IMG/VR virus record: IMGVR_UViG_3300049489_000161
Span: 1 to 54,708 of that record
Reading direction: 5' to 3' (one strand)
DNA length: 54,708 nt
Source: a virus
Lineage: Duplodnaviria; Caudoviricetes
Shown: positions 17,940 through 25,342 of the stretch, one piece after another
Numbering within the stretch: the stretch's first letter is position 1
How the letters are laid out: the number at the start of each line of letters is the position of its first letter
Notes under the pieces: model-generated
What the model was told of the DNA's origin: nothing
Seen by the model: the letters and a program-made list of their open reading frames with translations, nothing else
Databases searched by the model: none
Made by a program: the position numbers and the translations under genes

Positions 17940-18973
17940 GCGCCCGTGTCCCATCTGCGCAGTGACGCGCCGTCCGGCTTGACAGAGGCTCCGATAACTG
18001 GCGCCGCTGCGAGGTTGGTGTTGCCCTGCCGCGCCTCAAGCTGCGCGCCAGCCGAGTAGCCGGAGATCCAGTCGGGGAGCTGCTTCTGCTTGTACGACCT
18101 CGACAGCGTTCGGGCAGCCGCAGCGGAGTCCTGCTCGATCCCCTGCTTGGCTTCCTTCTTCTTGCCCTTCTTCGGCTCGACCTCGTACGACTCGGCGACC
18201 CGGTAGTGGGCCAGCATCTGGTTGTAGGTGTTGGAGCGAGACGTAAGCGTGTCGGCGCGGGACTTGTAGTATTCCTGCCACAGCCGGTCCTTCTCCGACT
18301 CGGCACCTCGGAACGCATTCGCCATCGCGGTCTCGGTGTCCAGGGACAGATCGGTGATGCCGGCGTTCGTGCTGGCCATCGAGTCGAAGTAGGCGCGGTT
18401 GGCTTCGCCGGCGTTCGCCTGCCAGTTCCGGGCCGCCATAAGCATCGCCCGCGTCGCATCCGTCTCACCGGCTCCCTGACTCAGCAGTTGTGACATGGCC
18501 TCCTGCCGTTCCCGCACCATGTTGGACACGCCGGTCTCCGCGACCCGGGCCGTGTCGACCTCGGCGTTCTGCCCAGCGGTGAGGAAGGCGTCGTAGCGCA
18601 TCGTGGCACCCTGCTTCGCCTCGTCGAGCTGACTGAGCAGGGCTTGCTCGACGTCACGAATGTTCTGTCGGCGGGCTTTCGACAGGCCTTTTGACGACAG
18701 GGCGATCCGGAACGCTTCGAGCTGGGCCTCGAGGTCTTTGGCCTTCTGCAGCTCGGACTTGCCAGCACGAGTGTCGCGCTCCTCCTGCGCGCGCAGCTGC
18801 TTGTCAACGGGAGACTCGTTCTTCCCGCCGCCACCGCTGCTGCCACTCGACGACTTCTTGCCGAGCGTCTTGCCCTTCGACGTCGTCGGACTGTCCGCCG
18901 ACACAGGGGCGGCGAGCACGGGAGGTTTCGCGGAAGGGCGCTTTCCCTTCGGACGACCAGGTGCGGTAGCCAT
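17936..18973 (-). CDS. Putative internal virion/ejection protein
   Basis: Helical, Ala/Gln/Lys-rich; TAATG-coupled; in the structural operon. Confidence 0.6.
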   Translation of the reverse strand: MATAPGRPKGKRPSAKPPVLAAPVSADSPTTSKGKTLGKKSSSGSSGGGGKNESPVDKQLRAQEERDTRAGKSELQKAKDLEAQLEAFRIALSSKGLSKARRQNIRDVEQALLSQLDEAKQGATMRYDAFLTAGQNAEVDTARVAETGVSNMVRERQEAMSQLLSQGAGETDATRAMLMAARNWQANAGEANRAYFDSMASTNAGITDLSLDTETAMANAFRGAESEKDRLWQEYYKSRADTLTSRSNTYNQMLAHYRVAESYEVEPKKGKKKEAKQGIEQDSAAAARTLSRSYKQKQLPDWISGYSAGAQLEARQGNTNLAAAPVIGASVKPDGASLRRWDTGA

Positions 18974-20397
18974 TACTTCTCCCATCCAAGTGCTCTGCGG
19001 ATCTCCTGTGGATCACGCAAGGAAAAACCGATGTCCGTTGGTTGGCCGTACTCCAGTTGAAAACTGGTCTGCTTGTCTAGCCAGTCCCACACTTCCTGCC
19101 GTTCCTGAGGGCTGAAGTTGTCGACAGTGAACGACCTTTCCACTGCCGCCAAGACATCTTCGACCTTCTGCTCCGGGTCGTTGATGTTCAGCCACATGTC
19201 CTTGTACCACTGCTCAAGCTTCGCCTCGTTCGACTCAGGATCGATGCCCCGGTACGCAGGGTTGCTGTACCCCATTGGGATCTTGTCCGGGGTCCATTTC
19301 TCATCCTTCGAAGACAGCACGGACGGGATGTTCCATCCTGCAGTTTTCGCTGAGGACATCCGCTCTGTGATCTCGGTGTCGAGGGCGCGGACGGCGGCCG
19401 CATCCAGTGCAGCGAGGTTCGCCGTGGAACGGATCTCTTCATAGTTGTCCACCGTGGTCGTGGTGACGTCGCTGTCCCGAGGCCCCGGTGCCGACAGCGG
19501 AGTGACCGGGCCGATGCTGAACGGCAGTGTCTCGCGTTCCGTCGTCTTCTTGATCACCCCGACGACCGGATCAGAGGTGCCCACCTTGAAGTTCTTCATC
19601 TCCTCGGCAGTGATCAGTCGTTCCCCAGACAGGTACTCGTCCAGATCCTGGCCGACCGCCGTGAAGTTGATCTCCTCCAACAGCTTCAGCGTGTTGATCG
19701 CCCGGATCTCCGAGCCGCCGCCCTCACCAAAGATGGCGGTCACACGGTCGTCGTACTGCTGCTGGCGCTCAGGATCCCAGCCCTGCGTCGAACGTTTGCC
19801 GGCCAGCTTGATGTCCCGTTGCGAGGCCTTCCACAGTTGCGAGTTCCACGTCGCCGCCTGCTGCTGGTCGGGGGTCATCTTGTCCCACTGTTTCCAGGTC
19901 ACAGGGGCCAACTCGTTCTGCTCAGCCATCACCCGGATTGACGTGGCCGTGTCAGCGTCGGGCGGCTTGAATCCCGGCGTGTCGCGATACAGATCTTCAA
20001 GGTTCTTGATCTGCTGCGCGTCCAGGCCGTAGTCGAATGCCTGACCCTGCTGGATCTTCTTGTCCTGGTAGTTGAACGTGTCATCGGCTTTTGCATTGGC
20101 TGGCTTCTCTAGTCCAGGGGTCTGCCACCCCAAGTCCTGCAACACAGCCAGTTCTGCCTGACTGGGCATGTTCGTTAACGGAGCAGACACCGCGCCGGCA
20201 GCACCAACAGGCATCATCAGCTGTGTGACGAAGTCTCGTTCTGCAGTGTCCATCGAGACCGGGTTGGACGGCGGCAGCGTCTGTGAATAGGTGTTCTGCG
20301 CTTCACGCTTCTGCCGATCACCATCACGAGCTGCAGAACTCTTTGGCGCTGCGGTCGCCCCCAGCCCCAACCATTTCACGGAGGGAAGATCAGCCAT
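18973..20397 (-). CDS. Putative internal virion protein
   Basis: GAGGAG RBS before MADLPS; structural operon position. Confidence 0.6.
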   Translation of the reverse strand: MADLPSVKWLGLGATAAPKSSAARDGDRQKREAQNTYSQTLPPSNPVSMDTAERDFVTQLMMPVGAAGAVSAPLTNMPSQAELAVLQDLGWQTPGLEKPANAKADDTFNYQDKKIQQGQAFDYGLDAQQIKNLEDLYRDTPGFKPPDADTATSIRVMAEQNELAPVTWKQWDKMTPDQQQAATWNSQLWKASQRDIKLAGKRSTQGWDPERQQQYDDRVTAIFGEGGGSEIRAINTLKLLEEINFTAVGQDLDEYLSGERLITAEEMKNFKVGTSDPVVGVIKKTTERETLPFSIGPVTPLSAPGPRDSDVTTTTVDNYEEIRSTANLAALDAAAVRALDTEITERMSSAKTAGWNIPSVLSSKDEKWTPDKIPMGYSNPAYRGIDPESNEAKLEQWYKDMWLNINDPEQKVEDVLAAVERSFTVDNFSPQERQEVWDWLDKQTSFQLEYGQPTDIGFSLRDPQEIRRALGWEK

Positions 20398-20407
20398 TGT
20401 CCTCTCC

Positions 20408-21211
20408 TCACAGCTTGATGATATAGACGAGGGCGTAGTAAGGCGGCATGTTGTCGTGGGCCTGTGTCGCGTCAGCTGGGGTGTTGTTCGTGACACCGTG
20501 GTTGTGCGGAGCATTCGCTGAATCAATGGGAAGTGTCCAGCCCCACGGAACGTCCCAGGCATTGTGAATCACGTGCGAGTGATCGCCAACACCACCGGTT
20601 GCGTCAAACACTCCAGAAGCACCGCCAGTGATACGCCGGAAGAATGCTCCGTCGCCTTTCCTGATAACAGTGTCATCACCGGACAACGTGTGGTTGTGCC
20701 CCCCAGCGCCGTTCTCGCCGTGAGTGTGCATCAGAGTCCGTTGCTGAACTGTGTGTCCATGAGCGGCATCAGCGTTCTGCGTGGTGTGCCCGTGAGAAGG
20801 CACTCCGGATTGCGCAGATGTCAGCTTCACCGACTCCACTCCGCCCTGCGAACCTCTCGCTTTTCCTACGACACCCGGAGGAGTGGTCGCACCGAGAATG
20901 AACCTGTTTCGCAGATCAGGAGTACCGTTCTGCCCGTTGCAGAACGCCCAACCGGGAGGAGCAGCGTCACCGTTGTACGCCACGATCACTCCCGCAGGCA
21001 CGCCACCGATCGCCGACGGATCAAGTGGAGACCAGGTGTCCGTGGCGCTGGTGCCCAGAATCTTGCCGGCCGGCACGCCAGTCGCGGGCTTGCGCAGCAG
21101 TCCACGGTCGAGTGCCTTCAACGCGGCCTTCACCCAGTTGGTGTGCTCGAAGTGCCCGGACTGGCCCTCAACCGGATCGGCCGGCTCAGGTGTGGGCAGT
21201 AGTGACGACAT
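20408..21211 (-). CDS. Tail fibre protein with tail-collar domain
   Basis: VPAGVIVAY...PPGWAFCNGQNGTPDLRNRFILGA, HxH repeats, NMPPYYALVYIIKL. Confidence 0.88.
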   Translation of the reverse strand: MSSLLPTPEPADPVEGQSGHFEHTNWVKAALKALDRGLLRKPATGVPAGKILGTSATDTWSPLDPSAIGGVPAGVIVAYNGDAAPPGWAFCNGQNGTPDLRNRFILGATTPPGVVGKARGSQGGVESVKLTSAQSGVPSHGHTTQNADAAHGHTVQQRTLMHTHGENGAGGHNHTLSGDDTVIRKGDGAFFRRITGGASGVFDATGGVGDHSHVIHNAWDVPWGWTLPIDSANAPHNHGVTNNTPADATQAHDNMPPYYALVYIIKL

Positions 21212-21220
21212 CAGGCTCTC

Positions 21221-21736
21221 CTAGACGTACCAGATACGGATCTTCCGGGTGGCTCCTGGCCCCAGGTAGATCGAGTTGGTTGCAGGGTTCAGCATCAGTT
21301 GCGTGCTGCTCGGTGTGGACGACACATCCACCAGCGACCACACCACTGCTCCGGCTTTCAGCCCCGCCGGTGTTGCCCAGCCAGTGCCGTCAGCGGTCAT
21401 CGTCAGTTCCAAGTACAGCGGCACGCGGTTGTCCACGTACTGCTTGGTCGTGGCGTGCCCGTTGGCGGTGGGCGAGCCGACAGCCACCGGCCCAGAGATG
21501 TTCAGCCCCGTGCCCTCCACTCGAACGGTCACCTCGGTGCCGGCCAGCTCGAGTTTCAGCGGGCCGCTCATCGTGTCGCCCGATCGCTTCACAGATTCCC
21601 GGTCAAGGCGCTTCACGAACTCCTTGATCCACCGAGACCAGGCGAAGTGCCCTGGCTTGCCGGCCACAGGATCGACAGGCTCGACGCCTTGCGTCCCTCC
21701 TGGGTACGGAAACACTGGCGCACTGCTGCTACCCAT
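21221..21736 (-). CDS. Minor tail/fibre protein
   Basis: VKRSGDTMSGPL and HATTKQYVD fibre motifs. Confidence 0.75.
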   Translation of the reverse strand: MGSSSAPVFPYPGGTQGVEPVDPVAGKPGHFAWSRWIKEFVKRLDRESVKRSGDTMSGPLKLELAGTEVTVRVEGTGLNISGPVAVGSPTANGHATTKQYVDNRVPLYLELTMTADGTGWATPAGLKAGAVVWSLVDVSSTPSSTQLMLNPATNSIYLGPGATRKIRIWYV

Positions 21737-21932
21737 TGACGAGCTCCTCTCCTCCGGTGGGCGGCGCGGGCTGCACAGACCATTTGTCGCGCCAGCCGTC
21801 CTCCCAATAGACCGGGACTCCCTCGTCCCAGATGTCGATCCACGGGTCCGGCCAGACGCAGACCGTGCCGCAGTAGATGGCAAGGATCTCCTTGCCACCA
21901 CTTACGGCGCGGCCCACGTTGGTCAGGTCCAT
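21729..21932 (-). CDS. 67-aa Trp-rich hypothetical (possibly minor tail) protein
   Basis: TGATG-coupled; AIYCGTVCVWP motif. Confidence 0.65.
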   Translation of the reverse strand: MDLTNVGRAVSGGKEILAIYCGTVCVWPDPWIDIWDEGVPVYWEDGWRDKWSVQPAPPTGGEELVNG

Positions 21933-22144
21933 CAGCTGCTCCGGTACGCCACCGCAGCGTTGCACCACATCATCGACTCCTGCAGCGCGGTAAGCGCCTG
22001 TGCCCGTTCGCGGCTCTCAGGAATAGCCCCTTCGATCCACCGGGCCAGATCGAGATGCATCTCCCGCACCGCCTCATGATGGTCCTTCTTGTCCTGCGTA
22101 TCCGCAGGGTGGTACTCAAACCTTTGTGTAACTTCGCGGCTCAT
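21932..22144 (-). CDS. Acb2/Tad1-like helical-hairpin protein
   Basis: RFEYH...SRERAQALTALQESMMWCNAAVA pattern; ATGA-coupled to the endolysin. Confidence 0.7.
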   Translation of the reverse strand: MSREVTQRFEYHPADTQDKKDHHEAVREMHLDLARWIEGAIPESRERAQALTALQESMMWCNAAVAYRSS

Positions 22145-22785
22145 TCGGCCACCACTTTCACTTTAGGATTCGGCTCGAAGAAGTGCTTGGCCTGCTTGTT
22201 GTTTAGTACCCCGGTCTCCCGGTAGCCCTTCTTCTTCTGCCACTTCTTCACCGCCCGCTCGACAGCCGGGGTGTACTTATTGCCAGGGCGCTCCTCGCTC
22301 AGCGGGGCCTGCACCTTCAGGAAGCCACGGCGGATCAGCCTGTAGCGCAACTGCTTCACGCTGTCGCTGTCGTCCACACCGGGCTTGAGCCGGTTCACGT
22401 AAACCGTGATGGTGGTGTCAAAGTCGATGTCCTTGCCGCCAAGATCCTCGCTCCAGCCCTCGTACTGGTAGCCCCAGGCGCGCTGGAACCACTCGATCGA
22501 GACCGTCGCCATCTTGCCGCGGCCACCTGCATCGGTAGAACGCACCATCCCATCACCGACGTACAGAACGACATGGCCGTACTCCCCGCCCGAGTAGTAG
22601 ATCGGCGCACCGATCGGGATGTTCTTCTTCGAGGTGTGCTTCTTCTTGGCGTTGTGCCACTGGCTGATCGCCGACGGATACCAGTGGTTTGTCGGGTAGA
22701 TCTCCTGACACTCCCACAGGCACATGTTGACCTTGTTGGTCTGCTTGCGCTTGAAGGCCTTCGCCGCTTCACGACCGTTCTTCAT
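22141..22785 (-). CDS. Endolysin: CHAP/NlpC-P60-like peptidase plus peptidoglycan-binding domain
   Basis: NMCLWEC (Cys), YGHVVLYVG (His), STD; C-terminal YTPAVERAVKKWQKKKG..TGV. Confidence 0.85.
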   Translation of the reverse strand: MKNGREAAKAFKRKQTNKVNMCLWECQEIYPTNHWYPSAISQWHNAKKKHTSKKNIPIGAPIYYSGGEYGHVVLYVGDGMVRSTDAGGRGKMATVSIEWFQRAWGYQYEGWSEDLGGKDIDFDTTITVYVNRLKPGVDDSDSVKQLRYRLIRRGFLKVQAPLSEERPGNKYTPAVERAVKKWQKKKGYRETGVLNNKQAKHFFEPNPKVKVVAE

Positions 22786-22961
22786 GCGTGCGCCCCTTCC
22801 ACGAAGCCAGGGTTCTGATCCTCCACGTCGTCATCAGGCGCCGGCACATCTGTGCTCGGCTCGACGTAGCCGTACTCCTCGGCCGTCTCGACCTCGGCAT
22901 CCTCCGCATTGAGGTCGGCATCGACCTGGTCCTCATCGCCAAACTCATTCATTACTGTCAT
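22782..22961 (-). CDS. 59-aa highly acidic protein, not in ORF track
   Basis: AAGGAG RBS; MTVMNEFGDEDQVDADLNAEDAEVETAEEY...GAHA; stop overlaps the endolysin ATG (ATGA). Confidence 0.75.
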   Translation of the reverse strand: MTVMNEFGDEDQVDADLNAEDAEVETAEEYGYVEPSTDVPAPDDDVEDQNPGFVEGAHA

Positions 22962-23247
22962 CGTGCTTCTCCTTGTCGTCGTGCCTGCCGAAGTGGTTCG
23001 TCACCGCTCCGGCCAGTGCGCCCATGCCCACTGCGGCCAGTGTCCCAAACTCTTGGGCCGTGGTGTCGTCAGCCACACCCAGCCCGAACAGAGCGATGAG
23101 GGTGAGGATCGCAAGGGTGGTGACCATCAGGGTCGGAGCCGGGTATCGTGCGGCCCGCAGGATCGCCCAGGTCAACGCCCACGCCACACCCAGGATGATG
23201 ACAACGGCAGCCGCGACGGCTATCGGTGTCGGTTCAGCGGGGTTCAT
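22945..23247 (-). CDS. Holin-like membrane protein
   Basis: Three hydrophobic segments, charged C-terminus, upstream of the endolysin. Confidence 0.75.
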   Translation of the reverse strand: MNPAEPTPIAVAAAVVIILGVAWALTWAILRAARYPAPTLMVTTLAILTLIALFGLGVADDTTAQEFGTLAAVGMGALAGAVTNHFGRHDDKEKHDDSNE

Positions 23248-23262
23248 CTCGAGCTCTCTCTG

Positions 23263-25332
23263 CTAGTAGGCAACGGCTGTGTACTGGACGGTGACTGCTT
23301 TGCTGACCTGCGGGCCTTTCGCGGGATCAGAGGCGTTGGCGAACCCCAACGTCACAGAGGACGCAGATGACGTGACGACCCGCACATGGGGGAGTCCGTT
23401 CAGCATGGAGACGTCGAGCGGGCCTGGCGTGGCGGTGACCGCCCACTTTCCTGTGGGAGACGTGGGCAGCGTCACCACCAGTTGGCCGTTGGCGTCCGTG
23501 GTCCCCGAGGCCACGCCACCGATGCACCGGGCCTCCATCTGCTGCTTCTGCACAGCGTCAGTGGCGCCGGTCGCCGCCGGGATCTGCACACCGTTCGGGC
23601 GCACCTCAAACACTGGGGCCCCGGCATCCGCGTTGGCAACAGAGGTATAGCAAGCCAGCAGTGTGTACGCCCCGACCGCGCCCTCACGCACGATCTGGGT
23701 ACTGCCCAGCTGCGTCATGCGGTATCCGCTGGAACCCCAGTTGCTACGCAGCGTCCCGTCCCACAGCACCTCGAACTTTGACGTCCCATCACCGAGAGCT
23801 ACCTTGAACAATGACACGGTGGGGAACTGGTCAAAGGACCGCAGTTCAGCAGGGATCTGGTTGGCGGCTTTGGCGCGGGTGTACAGCCGGTTCGTCTCGA
23901 CCAGGCCGGTAGCCCAGTTGATGTTGATTGGGCTGTCCACATACGCCCCAGCAGCGTCATACCGCTGCACAGACCAAGTGCCGCCAGCTGCGGTTGGGTT
24001 CACACCATTGGCCCAACGGGTGTAGGTGTTCCCCGCCCCGTCGTCGATCCGGTAGCGGATCTCCTTGTTCTGGGTGTCGATGCCCAGCAGATCCATGAAG
24101 GACGCTGCCCCGTCAACGACTGTGCCCGTAGTGTTGCCGACCCGGTAGACGCTGTTCAGCGGGTTGGGCGCAACGATCCACGAATTCGAGATCTTGCAGG
24201 ACACCGCGTCCTCAAGCCAGATCGAGTAGTACGGGCTGATCAGGCCAGCACCTGTACCGCTGTCATCGGCCTCACCCCACGTCACGTTCGACTGGATGTA
24301 GACGTTGGAGACGCCCTTGAGTTTGATGCCCGCCTTCTGCACGCCGGCACTCTGATCGCCGCCGCCGTCGCGGGCGAACTTGCAGTCCGAGACGGTGATG
24401 CCGTAGGTGTACATCCCGATCGCCGTGTTGCCCAGGATGACCAGACCCTCGCCGGAATTCGCGTCCGTGCTGCACTGCACCAGGTCGCAGTTCAGCGCCT
24501 TCTGCATCCGGATGCCCGGAGCGTCCGAATCACGGTTCACCGACGGGTCACCCGGCGTTGAGCCGGAACGCTCGAACCGACTGGAGTGGATCGACACCAT
24601 GCCGTTGCTGCGGGTCGTCGAGTCGAGGCACAGCCCGCCGTGCAGGTTGAAGTAGAACTGGCAGCCGATGATCCGTACGTCGGTCAGAGACAGGTCGTCG
24701 GTCACCCGCAGCCCATAACCGTTGCGGGCGACATGGCAGTCGCGCATGTCGAACACATGCAACCGGCCTGTCACGCCGTAGTTGGAGAAGCCGTGGATCG
24801 TGCAGTTCGCCAACTTCCACGACCGCTCCCACGAGTGGTTGCCGAGGTGGACGCCGTCCAGCGCCACGGGTGCTTCGTCACCTTGGCCGAGCAGACAGAG
24901 CTGCTCGATCAGCACGCCGTTGATCGTGGCCGCCCGCTCGATCAGCGACCGGCCGGTGAACGAGGGAGCCGCGATGATCGCGCACGTCGAGTCGGGGTCA
25001 TCATCGTGCCGGTACTTCGGGCTGTGCTCGCCACGCCAGATCTGACCGTGCAGCGGCCACAGAGTCCGCGACACCTTGTACTTGCCTCGGGGGAAGTAGA
25101 CCAGGCCGCCGACTCCGGCCGCCATGTACGCAGCCTCCACCGCATCCGTGTCATCAGCGATGCCGTCTCCGACCGCGCCATACCGCTGCGGGATGAACTC
25201 CAGCGAGTCACCCTTGTCACCCTTGGGGCCGCGATCACCCTTGTCACCCTTGTCGCCCTTGGGCCCGCGAGGACCAGGTGCGACCGGACGCCAGACCTTC
25301 GTCACAGGGTCGCGGTACATCAGGACAGCCAT
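23263..25332 (-). CDS. Tail spike with collagen repeat and pectate-lyase-like beta-helix
   Basis: GPKGDKGDKG; YGAVGDGIADDT...VYFPRGKY; beta-helix repeats; GAAGGAG RBS. Confidence 0.88.
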   Translation of the reverse strand: MAVLMYRDPVTKVWRPVAPGPRGPKGDKGDKGDRGPKGDKGDSLEFIPQRYGAVGDGIADDTDAVEAAYMAAGVGGLVYFPRGKYKVSRTLWPLHGQIWRGEHSPKYRHDDDPDSTCAIIAAPSFTGRSLIERAATINGVLIEQLCLLGQGDEAPVALDGVHLGNHSWERSWKLANCTIHGFSNYGVTGRLHVFDMRDCHVARNGYGLRVTDDLSLTDVRIIGCQFYFNLHGGLCLDSTTRSNGMVSIHSSRFERSGSTPGDPSVNRDSDAPGIRMQKALNCDLVQCSTDANSGEGLVILGNTAIGMYTYGITVSDCKFARDGGGDQSAGVQKAGIKLKGVSNVYIQSNVTWGEADDSGTGAGLISPYYSIWLEDAVSCKISNSWIVAPNPLNSVYRVGNTTGTVVDGAASFMDLLGIDTQNKEIRYRIDDGAGNTYTRWANGVNPTAAGGTWSVQRYDAAGAYVDSPININWATGLVETNRLYTRAKAANQIPAELRSFDQFPTVSLFKVALGDGTSKFEVLWDGTLRSNWGSSGYRMTQLGSTQIVREGAVGAYTLLACYTSVANADAGAPVFEVRPNGVQIPAATGATDAVQKQQMEARCIGGVASGTTDANGQLVVTLPTSPTGKWAVTATPGPLDVSMLNGLPHVRVVTSSASSVTLGFANASDPAKGPQVSKAVTVQYTAVAY

Positions 25333-25342
25333 GTCGTCTCCT

